Shown: piece by piece, positions 18,989 through 28,304 of the stretch
Position numbering within the stretch: position 1 is the stretch's first letter
Layout: each line of letters opens with the position of its first letter
Assembly (NCBI GenBank): GCA_963791965.1
Contig: CAWBUK010000007.1
Coordinates: forward strand, 9,586 to 73,585
Direction: 5' to 3'
Origin: an uncultured Acidobacteriaceae bacterium
Lineage (GTDB): Bacteria; Acidobacteriota; Terriglobia; Terriglobales; Acidobacteriaceae
DNA: 64,000 nucleotides
Made by a program: the position numbers and the translations under genes
The notes under the pieces: generated by a model
What the model was told of the DNA's origin: nothing
Seen by the model: only the letters and a program-made list of their open reading frames with translations
Database searches by the model: none

Positions 18989-19382
18989 TCAGGAAGGCTT
19001 GGCGGCAAATGGCTGGAGCGCCCGCTTCAGCCCCTCGATTCCTTCGCCTTTTGGCACCACAGCAGCGATTTTGAACAGACGGCAAATTTCCATCTGCTCT
19101 TCTCCCATCGCGGTCCAAACAATCATGCGGCTAGCGCTCGATAACTCACGCTTTGAGTGCCAGAAGCGCAGCAGCTCAAAGCCGCTGTCGTACCCTAAAT
19201 CTAGGTCTACCACCATCACATCCGGGATTGCTTCTTTGCCCTCCAGCGCCGCCTCCAGATAAAGCAGCGCTGCCCGCGCAGACGTTCGGGCCTGCACGTC
19301 GGTAAAGCCCAGCGAACTGGTGGCTTCGCCGGCGAGTACGCAGATCGCCGGGATCGTCTTCGACGATCAGCAAGGTTGCCAT
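18989..19382 (-). pseudogene. single-domain response regulator (REC), interrupted by a 1-nt frame shift
   Basis: ORF 19176..19382 begins MATLLIVEDDP. ORF 18989..19297 continues (..AICVLAGEATSSLGFTD)VQARTSARAALLYLE..PDVMVVDLDLG... The frame switches at about 19346-19352 (CCGGG). Confidence 0.7.
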
Positions 19383-19434
19383 CTGAATTCCCTCATAATA
19401 TTTTTCTCATCATAACTCAGGTTTGTTCGGCATC

Positions 19435-19527
19435 AAATGGCGCTTCGTCGTGGCGAAAAGGGGCTTGCTTCCTGTCGCGAAATGGCGCTTGACGGCCCAT
19501 CGAACCGATGAACCAGATGAACCAATG
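19435..19527. promoter_or_regulatory. direct repeats in the divergent promoter region
   Basis: AAATGGCGCTT occurs at 19435-19445 and 19480-19490. GAACCGAT GAACCAGAT GAACCAATG lies at 19502-19527. The repeats sit between the REC/stressosome operon (minus strand) and the secreted-protein gene (plus strand). Confidence 0.25.
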
Positions 19528-19702
19528 GTCGACTAAACCCATCGATGCTGCTACCCCAAGCTGCCGCGTTTCTCGCCCAGACTTGGCTGTTACATCGTTC
19601 GACCAATTTCTGACAAGCCTGTGACATGCAGGAATCAGAGCAGGGCTATGCTGTGCCCGCAGCGTTAAACGTCTCTGCCACACCGCTTCCAGGAGCAAGA
19701 TC

Positions 19703-20846
19703 GTGAAACACGTAAGAAGCCAAGCATTCGCAGTTCTATGTTTATCTTTACTTCTGTCTGCCAGCGTTGACGGGTTCTCTCAGACGCTGGGCAAAGTTTT
19801 CGTCCACAGCAAGTTTGGCGGCCAGATCTTTGGATTCGATATCGACCAGAACGGGACCGAAGGCGTGCTGAGCGAGGCGCAAACGCTAAACAACGGCAAA
19901 GTCCTCGCGGCCGTCGAGACCTTCGACCAGAGAACCGGCAAAATCATCTCCGTCGTCACCATGACCGAGACCACCGACGATTTCCTCACTCAGGGCGTCG
20001 TCGGTAATAGCGTCGGATTGATTGAGCATGAAATCGAAACCAGCCTGTTTCGTGTGACCCGCAAGTTTCAAGTCATCAACCCTCTCAGTTCGAATCAATT
20101 CACCGGTATGTGGACGCCCCCCATTGGCTCCGATCACATCATCATGCCGGGTGGCGTGAGTCGCAGCCAGGGAGTACCAAACGTCGCTGTCTTTGCCTAC
20201 GACAATAGCTCACAGTTCATTCCCTACGTGTTCAGCTCCAACGTCGCAGCTAACACCTTCGGCCCCGTCGTTAAGGTCTCTGACCCGAATGACTTCGCCA
20301 GCGTTCCTCCGCCCATCGCCTACGACAGCGTGACCAACCAGGCGATACTGGGCGGCGGACCAGGATGCTTTCGACTGCCTGCCCGTCATCGGGCTGGTGG
20401 ATCTTACCAACGCGACGTTCTCGAAATTTTTGGGTATCGGATTCGGCTTCATCAACGGAATAGCTGTCGACTCGGCAGACGGCATCTTTGTTACCACGAC
20501 CGAAGACGACGCTAACGTGGAGTTTTACAACCTCGCGCAGCAGAACGGCTTCACCGTGCAGCTGCCGAATTCACAGGGATTACAGTTCTATAGCGGCGCC
20601 GATGTCGAATTTGATCCCATTCACAAGTGGTTCTTCGTCGCGCAGCCGAATTCCAGCGTATCGAGCGGCAGCACAATCTACGTCTACGATACCCAGGGTG
20701 TCCTGAAGCAGACACTCAACGGCTTCAACTTCTCCAACTCATTCAACGTAGTTGCTATGCATATCGCGCTCAATCCAACCCGGCGCACCGGCTTCGTCGA
20801 TGGACCCGATCAGGGCGTAACCGAAATTCAGGGCTTCGTGTACTAG
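19703..20846 (+). pseudogene. secreted hypothetical protein (beta-rich), interrupted by a frame shift
   Basis: GTG start with AGGAG 8 nt upstream. Signal peptide MKHVRSQAFAVLCLSLLLSASVDG. ORFs 19703..20515 and 20397..20846 join at about 20352-20375 (..AILGGG / ..DCLPVIGLVDLTNATF). Confidence 0.65.
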
Positions 20847-20907
20847 AAATGGCGAAGGGGTTTTGAACGGACGCGGCTTCAGCTGCTGAAAAAGCCGTTG
20901 TATCCGG

Positions 20908-20990
20908 GTTGAAGGGGCGCAGCTTTAGCTGCGCCGAACGAGTTCCTTTTTCAATCTCGCGAGCGGACTTTAGTCCGCGAGCGACCCATG
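20908..20990. repeat. composite REP-like element, copy 1
   Basis: GTTGAAGG-GGCGCAGC-TTTA-GCTGCGCC (hairpin 20916-20935), 17 nt, then TCGCGAGCGGAC-TTTA-GTCCGCGAGCGA (20957-20984). Nearly identical to 28006-28090. Confidence 0.7.
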
Positions 20991-21054
20991 CTTTTGAGCT
21001 TTTCAGCCGCCTGTTCAGCCGCTGGCAGCGTCTTCCTCGATTTCTCAACGCTCC

Positions 21055-21960
21055 CTAAACGCGGACCCGCGCGATCATCGCCATCGTTTGACTCTCGCCG
21101 GCCGCAAGCTTCACCGCAGAAGCGCCGACATTCGTCGTCTCGATGCACACGAACTTCTTCCACTCCCCGGCGCCAAGATCTTTCAGCGCGGCCGATTTCT
21201 CTGACCATGGATTCCACACCACCGTCGTGCGGGAGTTTTGCTTCTCAACATTGATGCTGCGGTTCGCTGCGCGATCGACTACCTCTAGCTCGCTCGTGGT
21301 GTCGAGATAGACCCTGTCGGTCTCGGCCGCGAAGCGCACATCGCCGCTCTGCGTCTTTTCCATGAACTTGTCGGTCTTATCGAGGTAATGCGTCGCGTCC
21401 AGACCACGCACCATCGCAGACTCGGTATCGCCGACGGCGAAGTACGCGTGCAGTGCTTCTTCGAACCTGAACGGGGTCGCTCCGGTATTGGTGACGATGA
21501 GCTCGAGCTTGAGCTGTTCACCAAACGTCGCCCGGCTAACCAAGCGAAAATCAAAGGGCCACCACTTTCGCGTGTCCTCGTCGCTCTGGGTTGACATGCT
21601 GACGACCACGGACGCGCCGTCCTGCTCGATGCCGTCAAGCTGCCATTCCTTGGTGCGCACGAATCCATGGGCCGGCGCGCTGGGATCATCCGCCTTATCA
21701 CCGAACCAGGGAAAGCAAACCGGAACACCACCACGAATCGCCCGTCCATCCTGGAACAGCGAATTAGGGCTGAGATAAAGCACCTCGCCTCTATCCTTCG
21801 GCTTCCATGAAGTCACATGCGCGCCGTGCAGGTACATCTCGCCCGAGGCTTCTGGCGTGGAGATGACCACTTTGGCCAGACCTCCGTTGCCGGCGACGAC
21901 TTCCGCCTTGCCGGGAATTCCAAATCGTTGGGCGAGCGCTGCCGTAGTTTGGGACTTCAA
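21055..21960 (-). CDS. D-hexose-6-phosphate mutarotase (aldose 1-epimerase family)
   Basis: RGGVPVCFPWFG and GFVRTKEW motifs. I place the start at TTG 21960, preceded by GAGGAGGAG. Confidence 0.8.
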   Translation of the reverse strand: MKSQTTAALAQRFGIPGKAEVVAGNGGLAKVVISTPEASGEMYLHGAHVTSWKPKDRGEVLYLSPNSLFQDGRAIRGGVPVCFPWFGDKADDPSAPAHGFVRTKEWQLDGIEQDGASVVVSMSTQSDEDTRKWWPFDFRLVSRATFGEQLKLELIVTNTGATPFRFEEALHAYFAVGDTESAMVRGLDATHYLDKTDKFMEKTQSGDVRFAAETDRVYLDTTSELEVVDRAANRSINVEKQNSRTTVVWNPWSEKSAALKDLGAGEWKKFVCIETTNVGASAVKLAAGESQTMAMIARVRV

Positions 21961-22018
21961 GTTGCTCCTCCTCAATTGACACGCTGGATTATCCTTGAAC
22001 CAACATGACGCGACCAGC

Positions 22019-22360
22019 ATGAGATACAAAGTATTTTTTCATTTTGGCGATGAGCTGACAGTTAAAACCAAGGCCATGCGCGGCTACGCATGGCTTGATG
22101 AATCAGGGCTGCATGTAGAAGGTCCGAACGGCTGCGATATTCCATCGCGTGAGATCCAGCATGCCGAACTTTTCAGATTGCACGGGCTCGGTCGGGTGAT
22201 TCAGGTAGAGTTTATGGGCGGAAGGCTGTTTATGTCGGTCATTCGATTCATGGTCGGACAATTCGCCACCGTCAATTTCCTGAAGACCGGCGAACTGCTC
22301 AAAGAGCTACAGGTGGTTATCGCCAAGAATGCTTCAATACGGACGGCAACGAGCGACTAA
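22019..22360 (+). CDS. hypothetical small protein
   Basis: ORF 21995..22360. ATG at 22019 (MRYKVFFHFGDE..). No recognisable motif. Confidence 0.45.
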   Translation: MRYKVFFHFGDELTVKTKAMRGYAWLDESGLHVEGPNGCDIPSREIQHAELFRLHGLGRVIQVEFMGGRLFMSVIRFMVGQFATVNFLKTGELLKELQVVIAKNASIRTATSD

Positions 22361-22402
22361 ACACAAATTGAGTGCGCTGGCCGAGCGCATCGCAGCTCAC
22401 TT

Positions 22403-23245
22403 CTACCCGCCCAGGTCCACGTGCTCCACCCGATCAACCTGCCGACCCAGGAACCTTGTTGCCAGCTTTTTGAACTTCTCCACCGAATCCGTCACAAAGA
22501 ACTGAAACGAGCGATGGTCGGATTTGTCCGTGGGTGCCCCATCCTTTCCCTGGGTTTGGGAAAGGGTGGGGTGCGAACCGTCCCACTCGTCCACCATCTT
22601 CTTCACCACCGCCGCCGTCGACTCCGCCGAATCCACAATCGTCATCCCCGCCGGCGCTGTCCGTCTCAGCAGCGGCGCAATCAGCGGATAGTGCGTGCAC
22701 GCCAGCACCAGCACGTCGGCCCCATCGCCGCCCGCTAGCGCCTCGTCCAGATAAATCCTCGCCACTTGTTCCGTCACCGGATGCTCGGTCCATCCCTCTT
22801 CCACCAGCGGCACAAACAGCGGACAGGCTTTTTCAAACGCCTCGACCCCGTGCCGTTGCAGCGCGTCCCGATAAGCATGGCTCGAAACCGTGGCCTCGGT
22901 CGCAATCACCACCGCTCTGCGGCTTTGGCTCACCTGCGATGCCATTGCTGCTCCCGGCTCAACCACTCCCACCACGGGAACCGTCGCCGCCTCTTTGATC
23001 TGCGGCAGAGCCAGCGCGCTGGCCGTATTGCAGGCGATCACCAGCAGGTCGATCTTCTGTGACTCCAAAAAGCGTGCGGCCCCAATGGCGTATCGCGCCA
23101 CCGTCTCCGCCGACTTCGTTCCATAGGGCAGCCGCGCCGTGTCGCCAAAGTAGACGTAGTGCGCCGGCAAGCTTTCAGCCAGCGACTTCAGGACAGTCAG
23201 CCCGCCGACGCCCGAGTCAAACACCCCAATGCGCGGCAGCGTCAC
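22403..23245 (-). CDS. murI: glutamate racemase
   Basis: GVFDSGVGGLTV, ACNTASA and ACTHYPL catalytic-cysteine motifs. Confidence 0.9.
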   Translation of the reverse strand: MTLPRIGVFDSGVGGLTVLKSLAESLPAHYVYFGDTARLPYGTKSAETVARYAIGAARFLESQKIDLLVIACNTASALALPQIKEAATVPVVGVVEPGAAMASQVSQSRRAVVIATEATVSSHAYRDALQRHGVEAFEKACPLFVPLVEEGWTEHPVTEQVARIYLDEALAGGDGADVLVLACTHYPLIAPLLRRTAPAGMTIVDSAESTAAVVKKMVDEWDGSHPTLSQTQGKDGAPTDKSDHRSFQFFVTDSVEKFKKLATRFLGRQVDRVEHVDLGG

Positions 23246-23832
23246 TGCAACTCCTTTGCAAGTTGGCCCATGTTGGTAGCCATGTAAAAGCGGCGCAGAT
23301 CGGCATGACCGGCTAGCGTCTCGCGCTCAACTCCGTTAACGATGATTTTCACTCGCGTGATCTTTGGATCGTTGGCGTTCAGTGTCGCGACGATCGACGT
23401 AATCGTCAACTCCTCGGCCAGCACGCCCGACGGGTGGGCGTCCGCAAACGCCGCATTGGTATCGACAATCGCGCTGCCGTCACTCAGCAGGTAAACGTCG
23501 CGAACGTCAGCACCCGCTCCAATGGGATGTGGCGAGCCCGATTGCAAATACGTCCCAAACAGCGCGCGCAAAATCGCCCTCGCCTGCTCGCTGCGTTCTG
23601 CCGGCAAAGGAACGCTGACCTGCTTCTTGTACAGCGTCGCATCCGCATCCGAGGCTAAATACAACGTCACCCCCGCCGTCGGGCCGTTGGCGGGCGGAGG
23701 CACATTTTGTTGCTGTATAGCCAGTCGCTGCTCTTCCGCTGTGACCTTCTTATGCAAGTGCCAGGCGTAGAGTCCCATGCCCGCAGCGACCAGCAGCAAC
23801 GCCGAAAGCATCACTACAATGCGCCGCGTCAA
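23242..23832 (-). CDS. membrane-anchored GerMN-like protein
   Basis: N-terminal TM anchor. Lies between the amidase gene and murI with 4-nt overlaps at both ends. The family call is from context and memory. Confidence 0.5.
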   Translation of the reverse strand: MTRRIVVMLSALLLVAAGMGLYAWHLHKKVTAEEQRLAIQQQNVPPPANGPTAGVTLYLASDADATLYKKQVSVPLPAERSEQARAILRALFGTYLQSGSPHPIGAGADVRDVYLLSDGSAIVDTNAAFADAHPSGVLAEELTITSIVATLNANDPKITRVKIIVNGVERETLAGHADLRRFYMATNMGQLAKELQ

Positions 23833-25313
23833 GGATTCACCTCCGGCAGCTTCGGCCGCATTGCAGCTACGCCGGCGGCGATAGCCTGTGCCACCTGCGT
23901 CTGGTAGCTCACACTGGCAATCTCATCCACACTAGCTCCCGGCGGAGCAATCTCGACCGCCACCGCGGGTGCAGCCACGTTGTTCATCGGCCGCAGCGGA
24001 GCCGGCAATGTCGCGTTCGGCAGCTTGCGCGTCTCCAGTTCGGCGGCGATAGAACCGGCGACCGATCCGCTCAAGTCCGCATATGCCGACTGTGCCGTGT
24101 CCCATGGCAGAAAGCTGCCAGGACTTGCCGGTTCCGGCGGCAACAACTCGGTAAACACATGTACGCCCTTGCCGGTGTTGGCGGCATGCAGCACGATGTA
24201 CAGCGCCGGACGCGCCGCATTGATCGACGTCGCGCGCTGGTCCAGTCCGATGGCGTAGTCTCCGTTGCGCAGCAGGGACGTCGCAATGCCCTTGGCCTGG
24301 AGTTCGCGCTGCACCCGGCGCGCCAGCGCCAGCACCACGTCTTTCTCCGGCAACTGTGGCGTAATCGCCGCGCCAATGTCGTCGCCGCCGTGTGCCGCGT
24401 CAACAATTACCAGGAACCGTGGCCGCGGCGGAGCCTGCGGTGTCGGCGGAGGCAGCGCCGTAGCCGCAGTTTGTGGAACGTTCAGCGGCAGTTGCTGTAC
24501 CGCTTGCGTCGGTGCCGGCGCGGGCGCAGCGGTCACGATGATCGTTTTGCCGCCGTCCGCAAAGTTGGCCATCAGCGGAGCCGTACCCGTGATCTCCAAC
24601 TCGGCAACGCCGTTATGCTCGCTGAAGGTCGTGCCCGTAATCAGCGGATCGTCATAATGAATCGTAGGATTGGCAGCCACCACCGGCTCCCGCTTGAAGG
24701 TCAGGCGCACTTTCCCAGGCTCGGTCGCTACCGTGGGATTCACCGGGGAGGGGAATCCCAGCAACAGGCGAGACGGCGTACCTCTTTTTAGCTCGGCGCT
24801 GAAGTGCTCGGCCACGTTCCCAACCAGCAGGCGCTGCGAGCCCGGGCGATACTCCACCGGCTGTAGTCCCAAACGCGGCAGCAACTCGCTGACGGATGCC
24901 AGCGGTACGTATCCGCGGCCATTCTGGAGCACGAAATTTTCCGCCAGATTAAACTTCTTGCCGCCAGCCTTGACTTCTTTCTTGCCGTCATGAAACTCCG
25001 CTTCTTGCTGCTTATTCCCGGCAGAGCTAAAGTTTAACTTTAACTTCTTGCCGCTCACCTTCGCCTCGACCGAGCCGAGCGGCTCCAGCAGGTCAATCAG
25101 GCCAACGTACGGCTGTCCTGCAATCTCCACCGGGGTTACGGAGTACGAACTCTGCGGTGAAAAAACTGCGATTGGGCCGGGACCACCCGTCTGCGCTTCC
25201 ACGGTGAACCAGCCACCGCCAAACCGCAGGGCAAGAACGCACCCCGCAACGACGGTAAGGATGGCGAGCGTTACCGGCCTGCGAAGGCCAAAGGACAACT
25301 CAATGACCTCCAA
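23829..25313 (-). CDS. N-acetylmuramoyl-L-alanine amidase (Amidase_3, AmiC-like)
   Basis: The C-terminal domain (VIVDAAHGGDDIGA...HANTGKGVHVF...AVAVEIAP) is typical of Amidase_3. N-terminal signal or anchor. Confidence 0.85.
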   Translation of the reverse strand: MEVIELSFGLRRPVTLAILTVVAGCVLALRFGGGWFTVEAQTGGPGPIAVFSPQSSYSVTPVEIAGQPYVGLIDLLEPLGSVEAKVSGKKLKLNFSSAGNKQQEAEFHDGKKEVKAGGKKFNLAENFVLQNGRGYVPLASVSELLPRLGLQPVEYRPGSQRLLVGNVAEHFSAELKRGTPSRLLLGFPSPVNPTVATEPGKVRLTFKREPVVAANPTIHYDDPLITGTTFSEHNGVAELEITGTAPLMANFADGGKTIIVTAAPAPAPTQAVQQLPLNVPQTAATALPPPTPQAPPRPRFLVIVDAAHGGDDIGAAITPQLPEKDVVLALARRVQRELQAKGIATSLLRNGDYAIGLDQRATSINAARPALYIVLHAANTGKGVHVFTELLPPEPASPGSFLPWDTAQSAYADLSGSVAGSIAAELETRKLPNATLPAPLRPMNNVAAPAVAVEIAPPGASVDEIASVSYQTQVAQAIAAGVAAMRPKLPEVNP

Positions 25314-25624
25314 CTGACATTTGGCGCGACATTTTCTGGTAATGCTGGGTTATTACATGACACGGGGTAAGGGGTTGTTGCGGTTTCCGGCGGGGCGCTT
25401 CATGTCGATTCTTGGCTGACATCTGTCTCGCTCGTTACCTTCGTACAAGTTGAAAAGCCGTGGCACGAAGCAAGACGAATTGTAGCAGCGCAGGTTAGCA
25501 AACCAGCGACGGGGGCGCTTCATCCATGCAAGTAGCACCTCTCCCAGGCGGGAACCGACACACATCACGTGACCGGGGCATCGCGCGTCGTGTTAGTATC
25601 AGCCCCACAGTCACCGAGGATTCT

Positions 25625-26790
25625 ATGGCCCGCGGTTGCAGTTACGGTATTGGGTCAGCCAGCCCGGCTTTGCAGGATTTCAGCACTCCGGCAGCGGAAC
25701 GTTTCCACTTCGCTTCCGTCCATTCCTTGGTGCGCCTTTTCTCACCCGCGACCGGTCTGCTGCTGGCAATCTGCGTCGGCATGGTGTTCGGCAGTCCGCT
25801 GCTCGCTCAAGACGATACCAATCAGGTACACGTCACCCCGCGCATTCAGCACGACAAGCCAGAAGGCCCGCCCGCCACCACCGACGCCAAGGAAGCGCTG
25901 AAAGACGCCAAGCCTTACACCGGTACCGAAGACGTCTCGCTCAAGACCCACACCAAGCCCTTCCGTAAGGACGTGGACTTGGTGCTGGTTCCGGTCAGCG
26001 TGACCGATCCCATGAACCGGTTGGTTACCGGCCTCGAAAAAGACAACTTCCTGCTCTCCGACAACGGGAAGCCGCAGGAAATCCGGCACTTCTCCAGCGA
26101 AGATGCGCCCATCTCCTCGGCGTGATTTTCGACATCAGCGGCTCCATGAGCAACAAGATCGACAAGTCCCGCGACGCGGTAGTCGAGTTCTTCCGTACCG
26201 CCAATCCTCAGGACGAGTTCTTCATCGTCACTTTCGCCGACAAACCAGAGTTGCTGTCCGACTTCACCCAGAACATCGAAGACATCCAGAGCCGTCTGGT
26301 TTATGCCCAGCCTAAAGGGCGCACCTCGCTGCTCGACGCCATCTACCTGGGCATGACCCGTATGCGCAAGGCGCATTACGAGAAGAAAGCGTTGCTCATC
26401 ATCTCCGACGGCGGCGACAACCATAGCCGTTACACCGAGGGTGAGATCAAGTCGATGGTGAAAGAATCTGACGTGCAGATTTACGGAATCGGGCTATACG
26501 ACGCCGATTTTGGCAAAACGCCGGAGGAGCGCGAAGGGCCTGCGTTGCTGGGCGAAGTCACGGAAGTTACAGGTGGACGGACATTTGCCATCACTTCCGT
26601 AACCGAACTCGCCGACGTTGCTACCAAGATTGGAATAGAGCTGCGCAACCAATATGTGCTCGGATACCGTCCAACCAATCCAGCACGCGATGGCAAATGG
26701 CGCAAGATCAAGGTCAAGCTCAACCCGCCAAAAGGCCTGCCGCCGCTGCACGTCTATGCCAAAACTGGATACTATGCACCCACGGACTAA
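25625..26790 (+). pseudogene. von Willebrand factor A domain protein (acidobacterial VWFA type), interrupted by a 1-nt frame shift
   Basis: ORFs 25526..26125 and 26122..26790. The paralogue downstream reads ..EDIPVAMGIVIDNSGSM.., whereas here ..EDAPIS|GVIFDISGSM.. requires a -1 shift at about 26108-26121. MIDAS motif DxSGS. Confidence 0.75.
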
Positions 26791-27922
26791 CTACGGCGTC
26801 CTGCTCATCGCCACAATTTTGTTACTCACGGGCTGGGCGCTGGCTCAGTCTGCCCCTGCTCAGCCGGCCAATCAGCCAGGAATGACTCCACCCTCGGCGC
26901 CTGGCGTGACCCAGCAAACCACCACTCCGGCCCCAGCCGCTGGCTCCGCCCCCACAGGCCAGCCGCAGGATCAGCAGCCCATTCCCCAGGCTCCAAATCA
27001 GCCCGGTGACACGGTACAGGTTCCGGCCGCGGGAGAGGCTCCGTCCTCCCAAACCGGCGACGTTTACATCTTCAAGAAGGAAGTTGACGAAGTCACCCTG
27101 CACGCCACCGTGGTTGACCAGAACAATCGTCTGATCACCGATCTCGGCCGCAACGACTTCCAGGTCTTCGAAGACGGCCAGCCGCAGAAGATTGTCTCCT
27201 TCCGGCGCGAAGATATTCCGGTCGCCATGGGAATCGTCATCGACAACTCCGGCTCCATGCGCGATAAGCGCCCGGCGGTGAATGCTGCCGCCCTCAACCT
27301 GGTGAAGTCCAGCAATCCGCAGGACAAGGTCTTTATCGTTAACTTCAACGAAGAATATTTTCTCGATCAGGATTACACCGCATCTATCCCCAAGCTCGAC
27401 GATGCGCTCCAGCGTATCGAGGCACGTGGCGGCACCGCGCTCTATGACGCGACGGTTGCTTCGTCCGATCACCTGAAGAAGAGTGGCCCGTTGGAGAAAA
27501 AAGTTCTGCTCGTGGTTACCGATGGCGAAGACAACGCCAGCCGCGAATCTCTGGAGCAGGCCATTCGCACCTTACAGGCAGAGAACGGCCCCACCGTGTA
27601 CACCATCGGTATTCTTGGGGACGAACATTCCAAACGCGCTAAACGGGCATTGCGTGAGATGGCCGAGGAAACCGGCGGCGTGGCCTTCTTCCCCAAGGAC
27701 GTCAGCGAAGTGGACGCCATCACCCAGCAGATCGCCCACGATATCCGCAACCAGTACACCATCGTTTACAAGCCCAGCAAACCGCAGAGCGCTGGCGGCT
27801 ACCGCACCGTGAAAGTAGAGGCCAGTGCGAAGGGATACAAGCACCTTCAGGTGCGCACCCGCAGCGGCTACTACGCGGGCGAAAAGAGCGCGCAGTCGAC
27901 CCCTCCCCCTCCGGCAAAATAG
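26774..27922 (+). CDS. von Willebrand factor A domain protein (acidobacterial VWFA type)
   Basis: Signal peptide MHPRTNYGVLLIATILLLTGWALAQ, a Pro/Gln-rich linker, VIDNSGSM (MIDAS), VVTDGEDNAS. Overlaps the upstream paralogue by 17 nt. Confidence 0.8.
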   Translation: MHPRTNYGVLLIATILLLTGWALAQSAPAQPANQPGMTPPSAPGVTQQTTTPAPAAGSAPTGQPQDQQPIPQAPNQPGDTVQVPAAGEAPSSQTGDVYIFKKEVDEVTLHATVVDQNNRLITDLGRNDFQVFEDGQPQKIVSFRREDIPVAMGIVIDNSGSMRDKRPAVNAAALNLVKSSNPQDKVFIVNFNEEYFLDQDYTASIPKLDDALQRIEARGGTALYDATVASSDHLKKSGPLEKKVLLVVTDGEDNASRESLEQAIRTLQAENGPTVYTIGILGDEHSKRAKRALREMAEETGGVAFFPKDVSEVDAITQQIAHDIRNQYTIVYKPSKPQSAGGYRTVKVEASAKGYKHLQVRTRSGYYAGEKSAQSTPPPPAK

Positions 27923-28005
27923 ACGCCTGCTGAACTCGACGTTCGGGTAGCGCTGGCCTTCACGCCAGCGTCTGCGCCGTTGAAAAATAGGATGGAGTAC
28001 GCGGT

Positions 28006-28090
28006 GTTGAAGGGGCGCAGCTTTAGCTGCGCCGAACAGCTGCTTTGTTTGCGATCTCGCGAGCGGACTTTAGTCTGCGAGCGACTCGTG
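28006..28090. repeat. composite REP-like element, copy 2
   Basis: Same two hairpins as 20908-20990 (28014-28033 and 28057-28084), with a 19-nt linker. Confidence 0.7.
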
Positions 28091-28304
28091 CTTAGACTTT
28101 TTCAACACTTCTTTTTGGCGTACATGATGAAGGCGCCGCTCTTGGGCCGGCTCTTGGAATCGCGTCAGAGCTGGACTCTCCCATCATCAGTGGAATAACC
28201 AGCTAGCTGTCCCTATCTTGAACCCCTTTTCTTCACGCCACCTCGCCATGCCTGAACTGCCGTTCTTCCATTTAAGATAAAAGTTCTGTAACCCGTCACC
28301 CTGA

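Noticed and set aside
25353-25568. Small ORF (71 aa, minus strand) and the duplicated 12-mer GGGGCGCTTCAT (25391, 25511) in the amidase/vWA divergent region.
   Set aside because: The ORF has no RBS or recognisable features and lies in a probable promoter region. The 12-mer duplication is noted, but two copies alone are not enough to call a regulatory site.
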